The notes under the pieces: model-generated
What the model saw: only the letters and a program-made list of their open reading frames with translations
What the model was told of the DNA's origin: nothing
Databases searched by the model: none
In this document: positions 45,020-54,871 of the stretch, piece by piece
Layout of the letters: every line of letters starts with the position of its first letter
How positions within the stretch are numbered: the first letter of the stretch is position 1
Position numbers and translations under genes: made by a program
Assembly (NCBI GenBank): GCA_963702425.1
Contig: CAVPCQ010000037.1
Location: 128,001-192,000 of the forward strand
Source of the DNA: an uncultured Acidobacteriota bacterium
GTDB taxonomy: Bacteria; Acidobacteriota; Polarisedimenticolia; J045
Direction: 5' to 3'
DNA length: 64,000 bases

Positions 45020-46980
45020 TGGAGCACGTGCTCGACGACAGCCGGGGCAAGGGTCGTGCGGTCTCGCGGGACGGCGCCGGCCCGCACGTCCGTTTGTCCT
45101 CGATCGATGATCCTTCCGACCTGCGCGCGCTGTCGCTCGATGACCTGCGCGACCTGGCCGAACAGATCCGCGAGTTCCTGGTCGATGTGGCCGCGACCAA
45201 GGGCGGGCACTTCGCGTCGTCGCTCGGCACGGTCGAGCTGACGCTGGCGCTGCACTACGTCTTCAACACGCCGCACGACCTCCTGGTCTGGGACGTCGGC
45301 CACCAGGGCTACGTCCACAAGATCCTCACGGGGCGGCGCGACCGGCTGCCGACGATCCGCCAGGACGACGGCCTTTCGGGCTTCCTCAAGCGCGACGAGA
45401 GCCCCTACGACAGCTTCGGTGCCGGCCACGCCTCGACCGCCGCCTCGGCCGCGCTCGGGATGGCGGTCGCCCGCGAGCTGAAGCACGAGCAGCGCAAGGT
45501 GATCGCGGTCGTCGGCGACGGTGCGATGACCGGAGGCCTCGCCTTCGAGGCGCTCAACAACGCGGGCGCGCTCGGGAAGGATCTGCTGGTCGTTCTCAAC
45601 GACAACGCGATGTCGATCTCGCCGAACGTGGGGGCTGTGGCGCACTACCTGACCTCGCTCACGACCCACCCCTACTACCGGAAGATGAAGGAGGAGATCT
45701 ACACCGTGCTGGCGCGGCTGCCGCGCGTCGGCGGTCCGGTGCGCGAGCTGGCGCAGCGGCTCGAGCTGGGCGTGAAGAGCGCGCTGGTTCCGGGGGCGTT
45801 CTTCCAGGCGCTGGGGTTCCAGTACCTCGGGCCGATCGACGGCCACGACCTCGACGAGCTGGTGCCGACGCTCGAGCGGATCCGGGACCTGCAGAAGGGC
45901 CCCGTCCTGCTGCACGTGATGACCCACAAGGGGAAGGGGTTCAAGCTGGCCGAGGCCGATCCGCTGACCTGGCACGGCGTGACCCCCTTCGATCCGACGA
46001 CCGGCAGGACGATTGCGGCACCGGCGCCTCCGGCCCCCGGTCCGGCCTACACGAGGGCCTTCTCGGACGCGCTGATCGACCTCGCCCGGCGCCACACGGA
46101 CGTCGTGGCGCTGACAGCCGCGATGGCCCCGGGGACCGGGCTCGACGCCTTCGCGCAGCAGTTTCCGGACCGCACCTTCGACGTCGGAATCGCCGAGGGG
46201 CACGGCGTGACCTTCGCCGCGGGACTGGCCACGCAGGGCATGCGGCCCGTCTGCGCGATCTACTCGACCTTCCTGCAGCGGGCCTTCGATCACGTGGTGC
46301 ACGACGTCGCGCTGCAGCACCTGCCGGTCGTCTTCGCGATCGACCGCGGCGGGCTCGTCGGCGCCGACGGCCCGACCCACCACGGTGTGCTGGACATCGC
46401 CTACATGCGCATGGTGCCGGGGATGGTCGTCAGCGCGCCGAAGGACGCCGACGAGCTGGCCGACCTGCTCGAGACCGCGCACGCGCACGCGGGCGGGCCG
46501 TTCGCGATCCGTTACCCGCGCGACAGCTCTCCGACCCCCCGCACGCGCGAGCCGCGCGTGCTGCCGATCGGGTCCTGGGAGCTGCTGCGGGAGGACGGTT
46601 GGGACGTGGTGCTGCTGGCCGTCGGATCGATGGTCGGCACCGCACGGAAAGTGGCCGACGGCCTCGCCGCCAAGGGATACGGCGTGGCCGTCGTCAACGC
46701 GCGCTTCGTCAAGCCGCTCGACTCCGCGATGCTGCGCACGATCGCGGCGAAGGCCCGGCTGGTGGCCACGCTGGAGGAGGGGACCCTCTGCGGCGGCTTC
46801 GGAAGCGCGGTGCACGAGGCGAGCGTCGAGGAGGGGCTCGATCTCTCCGCGCGGCTCGCTCATTTCGGACTGCCGGACCGGTTCCTGACGCACGGCAGCC
46901 GGGGGCGGTTGCTCGAGCATGCGGGGCTTTCGGCGCCGCAGGTGCTCGAGGCCGTCCTGGCTCGGCTGGCGCGCGGGTAG
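45019..46980 (+). CDS. dxs: 1-deoxy-D-xylulose-5-phosphate synthase
   Basis: GGHFASSLG, WDVGHQ, GAGHAST, GDGAMTGG..EALNN, DVGIAE, YSTFLQRAFD, GADGPTHHG. Confidence 0.97.
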   Translation: MEHVLDDSRGKGRAVSRDGAGPHVRLSSIDDPSDLRALSLDDLRDLAEQIREFLVDVAATKGGHFASSLGTVELTLALHYVFNTPHDLLVWDVGHQGYVHKILTGRRDRLPTIRQDDGLSGFLKRDESPYDSFGAGHASTAASAALGMAVARELKHEQRKVIAVVGDGAMTGGLAFEALNNAGALGKDLLVVLNDNAMSISPNVGAVAHYLTSLTTHPYYRKMKEEIYTVLARLPRVGGPVRELAQRLELGVKSALVPGAFFQALGFQYLGPIDGHDLDELVPTLERIRDLQKGPVLLHVMTHKGKGFKLAEADPLTWHGVTPFDPTTGRTIAAPAPPAPGPAYTRAFSDALIDLARRHTDVVALTAAMAPGTGLDAFAQQFPDRTFDVGIAEGHGVTFAAGLATQGMRPVCAIYSTFLQRAFDHVVHDVALQHLPVVFAIDRGGLVGADGPTHHGVLDIAYMRMVPGMVVSAPKDADELADLLETAHAHAGGPFAIRYPRDSSPTPRTREPRVLPIGSWELLREDGWDVVLLAVGSMVGTARKVADGLAAKGYGVAVVNARFVKPLDSAMLRTIAAKARLVATLEEGTLCGGFGSAVHEASVEEGLDLSARLAHFGLPDRFLTHGSRGRLLEHAGLSAPQVLEAVLARLARG

Positions 46981-47044
46981 CGGGACCCGTCCGGCCTCGG
47001 CAACGCACGGGGGATCGGGCGACCGATCCCGGGGAGCAGTTCAG

Positions 47045-48535
47045 ATGAAGGCCCGAATGGAAGTCAGCGGGCGCGATCTGTTCGAGATCGCGGCCGACGC
47101 CCACGTGTTGTTCATTTTCGAGGGGGACGCGCCGGCCGCCTCCGTGGCGCGCGGCCTGGCCGGCGCGGTCCGGACCGAAGCCGAGCGCAAGCGCTTCAAG
47201 GGCGCCAAGGGCGAGATCCTCGAGGTTCCGCTGCCGCCCCGGCCCGGCACCGCGCAGGTGCTGCTCGCCGTCGGGCTGGGCAAGCGCGAGGAAATCGGCC
47301 CCGAGCGCACTCGCCTCGCCGCGGCGGCCGCGGCGCGACGGGCGCAGGCGCTGCGCGCCCGCCGGGTCGCACTCGCGCTGCCGCAGGCGCCGGCCGGGCT
47401 GCTCGGCCCGCGCGAGGTCGCCCGGGCGATCATGGAAGGTGCGCTGGTCGGGACCTACCGCTTCGAGCGCTACCTCACCGATCCGGCGCGAAAGGCGGCG
47501 CCGGTCGAGCGCTTCCTGCTCGCGGCGGGTCCGGCGGCGGCGGTCGCGCGCGCGGTGCTCCCGACTGCGGAGGCGATCGCGGCCGCGGCGGAGCTGGCGC
47601 GCGACCTGGTCAACGCGCCCGCGGCGGCGCTCACGCCGGCGGTCTTCGCGCGCGAGGCGCTGCGGGTGGCGCGGCGGGCCCGGCTGCGGGTCGCCGTGCT
47701 CGGCCCGCGGGAGCTCAAGCGCGAGCGGATGGGGGCCCTGCTCGCGGTCGCGCAGGGGAGCGAGCAACCGTCGCGCCTGGTCCACCTCGTCTACAAGCCG
47801 CGGCGCGCCAAGGCCAAGCTTGCGCTGGTGGGCAAGGGGGTGACGTTCGACTCCGGCGGATACGACCTCAAGACGGCCGACGGGATGCTCGACATGAAGT
47901 CCGACATGTCGGGTGCGGCGGCCGTGCTGGCCGCCGTCGTGGCACTGGCGCGGCTGGGCGCCCCGGTCGAGGTGCACGGTGTGATGGGCCTGGTGGAAAA
48001 CATGGTCTCCGGCCGCGCTTACCGGCCGGGCGACGTGCTGACCACGCGCCGCGGCAAGACGATCGAGGTCAACAACACCGACGCCGAGGGGCGGCTGGTG
48101 CTCGCCGACGTGCTCGACTACGTCAGGACTCAGATCAAGCCCGACGCGATCGTCGACGTCGCGACCTTGACTGGGGCCTGCGTGGTCGCGCTGGGGCCGA
48201 TGGCGTCGGGAGTGATGGGCAACGACCAGGCGCTGATCGATCGGGTCCTCGCGGCCGCTCGTGCGGCCGGCGAGAAGATGTGGCCGTTGCCGCTGTACGA
48301 CGAGTACATCGACCAGCTCAAGAGCGACGTTGCGGACCTCAAGAACACCGGCGGGCGCTGGGGTGGTGCCCTCACCGCGGGACTGTTCCTGCGCGAGTTC
48401 GTCGACCGGACCCAGCCCTGGGTGCACCTCGATATCGCCGGCCCGGCGTTCGCGAACACCGACCACCCGTACTGGGGCAAGGGCGGAACGGGCGCCGCGG
48501 CGGCGACACTGATCGAGCTCGGCCTGTCCTGGTAG
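47045..48535 (+). CDS. pepA: Leucyl aminopeptidase (M17)
   Basis: GKGVTFDSGG, MKSDMSGAA, NTDAEGRLVLAD, ATLTGA, HLDIAG. Confidence 0.95.
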   Translation: MKARMEVSGRDLFEIAADAHVLFIFEGDAPAASVARGLAGAVRTEAERKRFKGAKGEILEVPLPPRPGTAQVLLAVGLGKREEIGPERTRLAAAAAARRAQALRARRVALALPQAPAGLLGPREVARAIMEGALVGTYRFERYLTDPARKAAPVERFLLAAGPAAAVARAVLPTAEAIAAAAELARDLVNAPAAALTPAVFAREALRVARRARLRVAVLGPRELKRERMGALLAVAQGSEQPSRLVHLVYKPRRAKAKLALVGKGVTFDSGGYDLKTADGMLDMKSDMSGAAAVLAAVVALARLGAPVEVHGVMGLVENMVSGRAYRPGDVLTTRRGKTIEVNNTDAEGRLVLADVLDYVRTQIKPDAIVDVATLTGACVVALGPMASGVMGNDQALIDRVLAAARAAGEKMWPLPLYDEYIDQLKSDVADLKNTGGRWGGALTAGLFLREFVDRTQPWVHLDIAGPAFANTDHPYWGKGGTGAAAATLIELGLSW

Positions 48536-48550
48536 CGGGGTGCGGCCCCG

Positions 48551-49900
48551 TCAGCCGCGGCGCCGGCCGCCGCGGCGGCGACCTCCGCGTCCGCCGCTGC
48601 GCGCCCGTCCGGCGGCGCGCCCCCCCTCGCGGGGTGCGGGAGCAGGGGCACTGCCTGCCGGGAAGGCCTCGGCGAGCCGGCGTCGCCAGGCCGCGACGTC
48701 CTCCAGCGCGTCGCCCGTCGCGCGCGCGTGAATCTCGAACAGGTCGAGCGTCTCCGGGAAGTAGTGGCGCCGCACCAGGGCGCCGGTCGGCGGCCGCCGG
48801 CGATCCGGGAGCGTAACCAGCCGGTCGAGCGTCAGCAGGACCTGTCGCACCCGCTCGGCGTCCTTTCGGCTCAGGGCAATCCGCTGGGAGAGCCCGCGCA
48901 GCACCTCGACCACGACCGGCGCCGGGTCGGCGGCGACCCCGCGCGCGCCGCGGGCCCGCGCTGCCGCGACCGCCTCCAGGACCGGGCCGACGAGCAGGAC
49001 CGAAAGCTGGACCGGGGTACCGAGCGCGCGGCCCGCGTGCGTCATGTGGTCGGTCTGCCGCAGCGCGGCGCGCAGCGCCTCGAGGTCCTCGAACCGTCCC
49101 TCGGCGAGGGCGCGCTCGAGATAGCCGTGCAACTCGGGCAAGACCACCGCCAGCACGCCGCTCTCGCGCAGGAACTCGAACGCGGGCGCAATCGCTCCGC
49201 CGCGGAACATCCGCAGCAGGTCCTCGAGGATCCGCGGCGCCGCGGCGCGGAGGATCTCCTCGCGCCGCGCGACCATCGCCCGCCAGGTATCCTCCTCGAG
49301 CGTGCAGCCCATCCGCGCCGCGAAGCGGATCGCGCGCAGGATGCGGATCGGGTCTTCCGCCATCCGGACGTCCGGGTCGCCGATCGTGCGCAGCACGCGG
49401 CGCTCGACGTCGGCCACGCCGCCGACGAAGTCGAGGATGACCTGGCGCCGGACGTCGTAGAAGAGCGCGTTCCAGGTGAAATCGCGCCGCCAGGCGTCCT
49501 CGGCCGCGCTGCCGAAGACGTTGTCCTCGCGGATCAGCCGGTCGCCGTCGACTTCGACCGGCTCGCTCGCGCCGGCGCGGAAGGTGGCGACCTCGATGAT
49601 CTTGTCCCTGAAGTGCAGGTGCGCCAGGCGGAAGCGCCGGCCGATGATCCGGCAGTTCCGGAACAGGCGCCGAACCTCGTTCGGGTGCGCCGAGGTCGCG
49701 ATGTCGAAGTCCTTCGGCCGCAGGCCGAAGAGCAGGTCGCGCACGCAGCCGCCGACGAGGTAGGCTTCGAAGCCGGCGTCCGCCAGGCGCTCGACGATGC
49801 GCACCGCGTCCGGATCGAGCCGGTCGCCCGGGAAGGCGATCGGGATCTCCTGCGCCGGGGGCAGGGCGGGTCGCGCGGGATCGGAAGCTTCGGTCATCAC
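48551..49900 (-). CDS. pcnB: Poly(A) polymerase I
   Basis: VGGCVRDLL, KDFDIATSA, PAP-specific IIGRRFRLAHL, EVATFR, RRDFT, EDPIRILRA. Confidence 0.92.
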   Translation of the reverse strand: MMTEASDPARPALPPAQEIPIAFPGDRLDPDAVRIVERLADAGFEAYLVGGCVRDLLFGLRPKDFDIATSAHPNEVRRLFRNCRIIGRRFRLAHLHFRDKIIEVATFRAGASEPVEVDGDRLIREDNVFGSAAEDAWRRDFTWNALFYDVRRQVILDFVGGVADVERRVLRTIGDPDVRMAEDPIRILRAIRFAARMGCTLEEDTWRAMVARREEILRAAAPRILEDLLRMFRGGAIAPAFEFLRESGVLAVVLPELHGYLERALAEGRFEDLEALRAALRQTDHMTHAGRALGTPVQLSVLLVGPVLEAVAAARARGARGVAADPAPVVVEVLRGLSQRIALSRKDAERVRQVLLTLDRLVTLPDRRRPPTGALVRRHYFPETLDLFEIHARATGDALEDVAAWRRRLAEAFPAGSAPAPAPREGGRAAGRARSGGRGGRRRGGRRRG

Positions 49901-49934
49901 ACCTCGCAGGGTCGAGCGTCGCCGGCCGGGCCGG

Positions 49935-50690
49935 TCAACCGCCGAACAGCTGGCCCAGCCAGCGACGGTTGACCTGGCGGTTGAGGCGGCCGATGGCGTC
50001 GGTCAGGGGGATCTCCTTCGGGCAGACGGCCGCGCAGTTCTGCGAGTTGCCGCACGCCGTGATCCCCCCCCGCCCCATCAGCGCCCCGAGGCGCTCGCCT
50101 TCCTCCATCCGGCCGGTCGGATTGAGCAGGAAATAATACGCCTGCCCGAGCGGGGCGGGGCCGATGAACTGCCCGGGATCGTGCCCGGTGAAGTTCGGGC
50201 AGGCTTCCATGCAGCAGCCGCAGGTCATGCAGCGACTGTACTCGTAGGCCTCCGCCTGTTCGGCCGGGGCCCGCCTCGGGGCGGGACCGAGGTCGTAGGT
50301 TCCCTCGATCGGGATCCAGCCCTTCACCCGCTCGAGCCCGTCGAACATCGGCGTCCGGTCGACGATCAGGTCGCGCACGAGCGGGAACTTCGAGAGCGGC
50401 TCGATCGTGATCGTGCCCTCCGGAAGGTTGTCGACCAGGGTCGAGCAGGCCTGCATCGGCACGCCGTTGACCCGCATCGAGCACGACCCGCAGACCTCCT
50501 CGAGGCAGGCCGACTCGTAGGCGATCGGCGTCACCGCGCGTCCCGCGGCGTCGACCGGCTGGCGCGCGATTTCCTGCAGGCAGGCGATCAGGTTCAGTCG
50601 CTTCTTGTAGGGGAGCCGGAACTCCTGCCAGGAGGCGGGCGCGCCCGGCCGTTCCTGTCTCCGGATGCGAAGCACGATCTCGCGGCGCAT
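49935..50690 (-). CDS. sdhB: Succinate dehydrogenase iron-sulfur subunit
   Basis: CLEEVCGSC, CMTCGCCMEACP, CGNSQNCAAVCPK. Confidence 0.95.
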   Translation of the reverse strand: MRREIVLRIRRQERPGAPASWQEFRLPYKKRLNLIACLQEIARQPVDAAGRAVTPIAYESACLEEVCGSCSMRVNGVPMQACSTLVDNLPEGTITIEPLSKFPLVRDLIVDRTPMFDGLERVKGWIPIEGTYDLGPAPRRAPAEQAEAYEYSRCMTCGCCMEACPNFTGHDPGQFIGPAPLGQAYYFLLNPTGRMEEGERLGALMGRGGITACGNSQNCAAVCPKEIPLTDAIGRLNRQVNRRWLGQLFGG

Positions 50691-50710
50691 GCGCTGTTCC
50701 TTCCCGACCG

Positions 50711-52534
50711 TCAGTCGTACTTGCGGGCCACCGGCTCGAGCAGCGAGGTGTCGATCGCCTCGAAGCTGAACTCGGGCCCCTTCGGGGTGTGGGTCGCGAT
50801 CGTCGACTTGAGCCAGTGCTCGTCGTCGCGGGCCGGGAACTCGGGCTTGTAGTGCGCCCCGCGCGACTCGTCCCGCAGCCGGGCGCCGCGGGTGATGAGG
50901 CGCGCGAGTTCCAGCATGTTCTCGAGCTGGTTCACGAAGGGCAGCTCCTGGTTGGACCAGTCGCCGGAATCGGTGACCCCGATCTCCTTCCAGCGGTCCA
51001 TGAACGCGGTGATCGCCGCGTCCGTCCGGTCGAGGTTCGCATTGGTTCGCACGATCGTGACGTTCTCGACCATCACGTCGCCCAGCTCGCGGTGGATCCG
51101 GCGGGCGTTCTCCCTGCCCTGCATCCGGCGGATCCGCTCGAACCGGTCGTGCCACTTCCGCGCGGCCTCGTCGAAGAGTCCCGAGGGGAGTTCCGCGGCC
51201 CGGCGCTCGGCGCCCTGGGCGGCATAGATCGACGCGGCCGGGCCGGAGACCATGCCGGCGTAGATGCACGACAGGAGCGCGTTCGCCCCCAGCCGGTTGG
51301 CGCCGTGGTACTGGTATTCGCACTCGCCGGCGGCGTAGAGGCCGGGGAGGTTGGTCATGTGGTTCCGCGGCGAGGCGTGGTCGTAGTACCCGTCGGGCGT
51401 CTTCTCGAAGTCGACCCACAGGCCGCCCATCGAGTAGTGGATCGCGGGGAAGATCCGCATCGGGACCGTGCGCGGGTCGTCGCCGACGAACTGCTCGTAG
51501 ATCTCGAGGATCGCGCCCAGCCGCCGGTCGAGGAACTCGCGGCTCTTGTGCGTCAGATCGAGGTAGACCTCGTTCTCGCCGCCGACCCCCAGGCCCAGGT
51601 CGACGCAGACCTGGTAGATCTCGCGCGAGCCGATGTCGCGCGGAACGAGGTTCCCGAACTTCGGGTACCGCTCCTCGAGGAAGTACCAGCGCTCGGACTC
51701 CGGGATCTCCTTCGGGTCGCGCACGTCGCCCTTCTTCCGCGGGACCCAGACCCGGCCCCCCTCACCGCGCGCCGACTCGGACATGAGCCGCATCTTGTCC
51801 TCGCCGGGGATCGCGGTCGGGTGGATCTGGACCATCTCCGGGTTGCCGAACCGTGCGCCCTCGAGGTAGGCCGCCGCCGCGGCGGAGCCGGTGCAGATCA
51901 CGGAGTTGGTGCTGCGGCCGTAGACCACGCCGAGGCCGCCCGTGGCGAGGATCACCGCGTCAGCGGGAAAGGCCTCGATCTTCATCGTCCGCAGGTCGAG
52001 CGCGACGATTCCGCGGCACGGCCCGCCGGGCGCGGCGAGCACCGGTCCGAGGAACTCCCAGCCCTCGTACTTCTGCACCAGGCCCTCGACCTCGTGGCGC
52101 CGCACCTGCTCGTCGAGCGCGTAGAGCAGCTGCTGGCCGGTCGAAGCCCCGGCGAAGGCCGTCCGGTGGTGCAGCGTGCCGCCGAAACGCCGGAAGTCGA
52201 GGTCCCCCTCCGCGGTGCGCGAGAACGGCACGCCCATCCGGTCGAGCAGGTAGATGATCTTCGGCGCCTCGTGGGTCATCGAGCGCACGGGCGGCTGGTG
52301 CGCCAGGAAGTCGCCCCCCTTGACCGTGTCGTAGAAGTGGATCTCGGGCGAGTCGTTCTCGCCCTTGATGTTGACGGCGGCGTTGATCCCGCCCTGAGCG
52401 CAGGCCGAATGGGACCGCTTGACCGGGACGACCGAGAACAGGGCGACCTGCTGGCCGCGCTCGGCGAGCTTGATCGTCGCCATCAGGCCGGCGAGACCGC
52501 CGCCGATCACGAGGAAGCGGGGCTGGGCGCTCAT
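50711..52534 (-). CDS. sdhA: Succinate dehydrogenase flavoprotein subunit
   Basis: VIGGGLAGL, RSHSACAQGG, QIHPT, SESARGEGG, HYSMGG, HGANRLGANALL, ESRGAH. Confidence 0.96.
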   Translation of the reverse strand: MSAQPRFLVIGGGLAGLMATIKLAERGQQVALFSVVPVKRSHSACAQGGINAAVNIKGENDSPEIHFYDTVKGGDFLAHQPPVRSMTHEAPKIIYLLDRMGVPFSRTAEGDLDFRRFGGTLHHRTAFAGASTGQQLLYALDEQVRRHEVEGLVQKYEGWEFLGPVLAAPGGPCRGIVALDLRTMKIEAFPADAVILATGGLGVVYGRSTNSVICTGSAAAAAYLEGARFGNPEMVQIHPTAIPGEDKMRLMSESARGEGGRVWVPRKKGDVRDPKEIPESERWYFLEERYPKFGNLVPRDIGSREIYQVCVDLGLGVGGENEVYLDLTHKSREFLDRRLGAILEIYEQFVGDDPRTVPMRIFPAIHYSMGGLWVDFEKTPDGYYDHASPRNHMTNLPGLYAAGECEYQYHGANRLGANALLSCIYAGMVSGPAASIYAAQGAERRAAELPSGLFDEAARKWHDRFERIRRMQGRENARRIHRELGDVMVENVTIVRTNANLDRTDAAITAFMDRWKEIGVTDSGDWSNQELPFVNQLENMLELARLITRGARLRDESRGAHYKPEFPARDDEHWLKSTIATHTPKGPEFSFEAIDTSLLEPVARKYD

Positions 52535-53244
52535 CGCGTGGCTCCTTCGGCGAAGGGGGCCTCCGGCGGCGGGCCCGACGCGGCCTTGGCCGGCTGCAAC
52601 CGGAGCGGCGAGAGCCCGCCGAGCGGGCCGAACGCGAGCAGCGAGTTCAGGCCCGTGATCGCGAAGGCCAGCGCGACGAGCAGCGCCGCCCAGGACCAGC
52701 GCCGCTGGGCCGCCTTCGAGGTCAGGAGACCCCAGTGGATCGCAAACCCCCAGAGACCGTTTCCGAAGTGGAACGACGCCGCCAGCACGCCCAGGACGTA
52801 GATCGCGACGGTGAGCGGGCTCTGCAGCTTGTCGTGCATCAGGGCGTAGAGGTCGTGGGTGCCCTGGCCGAACCACTCGGCGAAGCGGGTCGTGATCACG
52901 TGGTACGGGATGAAGAGCAGCAGGAGGACGCCCGACACCCGCTGCAGCGTGAAGAGCGCATTCTGCCGCAGCGGGAGCGCGCGGTTGTTGAACTTCGCCT
53001 CCCAGAAGATCCAGACGCCGATCACGGCGTGGAATGCGATCGGCAGGAAGATGCCGAAGGTCTCGAGCAGGAACAGGTATGGGAGCGAGCGCAGGAAGTC
53101 GACCTTCTCGTTGTAGGCGGCAGCCCCGCCGAGCGCGAACGAGTTGGTGAGCCAGTGCTCCAGCAGGAAGACGCCGACCGGCACGACACCGGAGAGGCTC
53201 TGCAGCCGGCGAAGGGTAAAGTACTGCCGATCCGACAACGCCAT
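52531..53244 (-). CDS. sdhC: Succinate dehydrogenase cytochrome b558 subunit (Bacillus-type)
   Basis: LRRLQSLSGVVPVG.FLLEH, LQRVSG, FHFGNGLWGF..HWG; several TM helices. Confidence 0.92.
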   Translation of the reverse strand: MALSDRQYFTLRRLQSLSGVVPVGVFLLEHWLTNSFALGGAAAYNEKVDFLRSLPYLFLLETFGIFLPIAFHAVIGVWIFWEAKFNNRALPLRQNALFTLQRVSGVLLLLFIPYHVITTRFAEWFGQGTHDLYALMHDKLQSPLTVAIYVLGVLAASFHFGNGLWGFAIHWGLLTSKAAQRRWSWAALLVALAFAITGLNSLLAFGPLGGLSPLRLQPAKAASGPPPEAPFAEGATR

Positions 53245-53393
53245 GAGCGACCTCTCCTCGGGTGCGGACGCCGGCCGGCACCGGACGATCCGGAGCGTCG
53301 CACGGACGCTCCGAAGGTGGGAGCCGGGGCGGCGACAGGCGGCAGGGCCCGTCGCGCCGGGGGATGATAGCGCACGGAGAACAGGGAGCGTCA

Positions 53394-54315
53394 TTGAATA
53401 AGCACTCACGCAGCCTGGCCTTCGGGTGTGTCTTACTTGGCGGTCTATTCATGTTAGACGGCCTGGGAGGCACCCCTCGGCCCGAGCCGCTGCGCTCGCT
53501 CGCCGGCTGGACGGCGCTCGAACTGGGCGGCGAGCGTTTCCTCGTCGCCGCGGCGCGCTCGCGGCTCGAGCGCTGGCCGGCGACCGAGGCCGCCGCCGAC
53601 TCGCTGCTACGGGTGACGACGACGGTGACGATCTTCGGAGCGCGGAACGGACGCCACCAGGTCGACGCGCTCTCCCGCGGGACGCCGCCTGCGACCTCGC
53701 GCTGGACCGAGGTCCAGTACGGCAAGCGTGCCCGCGCGATGCAGGTCGAGGACGGCTGGCTGTCCGCCTGGCGCTTCAACCTCCCCCCCGGTGACGCGCT
53801 CCCCGCGGCCGGGGCCTGGGGCAAGCCGAGCAAGCCGGCCGTCGTCGCGATCCCCGCCGGCGCTCCCGCCGTCTGCGGCACCGTCGATCCGTACACCCTG
53901 CTCCTGCGGCTCGACTGCCTGGCGGCCGACCCGACGCGCCGCGCCCTGCTGCTGTCCCGCGAGGGGGCCGCCGCGGTGCGGGTCGAGCGGCGGGAGCGGC
54001 GGGTCGAGAAGCTGAAGCTGCGCGATCTCGACAGCGGCCGGTCGATCGAGGCGGAACTGCTCCTGCAGCGCCTCGAACTGGCCGGCGGCGCCGGGGCGCG
54101 ACGGCGCAACGGCCTTCGGAATGGTCGGAGACGTCTCGATCTGGATTGACGAGACCAGTGGAGCGGTGGTGGAGATCGAGGGCCGGCACGAGCACGTGCC
54201 GGGGACCATCCGCCTCCGGGCGCGGGCTTTCTCACGGCGGGCGGTGCCCCGCCCGGCGCCGCCCTGGCCCTTCGTCCCGGTCGAGCGGCTTGACGGCGGC
54301 CCCGCCGGTTCGTAG
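53394..54315 (+). CDS. Exported hypothetical protein (frameshift near 54110)
   Basis: Hydrophobic N-terminus; continues in another frame as MVGDVSIWIDETSGAVVEIEG...; start uncertain. Confidence 0.5.
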
Positions 54316-54318
54316 ATT
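54290..54318 (+). promoter_or_regulatory. Sigma70-type promoter for the gamma-CA/DHH genes
   Basis: TTGACG-N17-TAGATT. Confidence 0.6.
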
Positions 54319-54343
54319 CCCCCCCCTTCCGCGGAGTCACCCC

Positions 54344-54871
54344 GTGCTCCACGCCACACGTCTGACCATCGCTCCGACCGCCTTCGTCGCCCCCGGCGCC
54401 GTGCTGGTCGGCGACGTCACGCTCGGCGACCAGGCCAGCGTCTGGTACGGCTGCGTGCTGCGGGGCGACATCGAGCCGATCACGATCGGTCCACGCACGA
54501 ACGTGCAGGACCTGACCGTGGTCCACGTCGATCTCGGCCTGCCGACGATCGTCGGCGCCGACGTCACGATCGGGCACCGCGCCGTGATCCACGGCTGCGT
54601 CGTCGAAGACGGGGCGCTGGTCGGGATGGGAGCCGTCGTCCTCTCGGGGGCGCGGATCGGCGCGGGCGCACTGGTCGCCGCCGGAGCGGTGATCAAGGAG
54701 CGGTTCGTCGTCCCGCCCCGCGCGCTGGTCGCCGGCGTGCCGGGGAAGATCGTCGGAGAGCTGGACGATGCGCTGCTGGAACGCGTGCGGCGCAACAAGG
54801 ACCACTACGTCGCCACGGCCGCCCGCTACCTGTCGGGCGAGCTGGGCGGGGGGCCGCGTGGCGGCCGCTGA
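54344..54871 (+). CDS. Gamma-class carbonic anhydrase family protein (YrdA/CaiE-like)
   Basis: Hexapeptide repeats, LRGD, TNVQD..VVH, TIGHRAVIHGC. Confidence 0.92.
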   Translation: MLHATRLTIAPTAFVAPGAVLVGDVTLGDQASVWYGCVLRGDIEPITIGPRTNVQDLTVVHVDLGLPTIVGADVTIGHRAVIHGCVVEDGALVGMGAVVLSGARIGAGALVAAGAVIKERFVVPPRALVAGVPGKIVGELDDALLERVRRNKDHYVATAARYLSGELGGGPRGGR

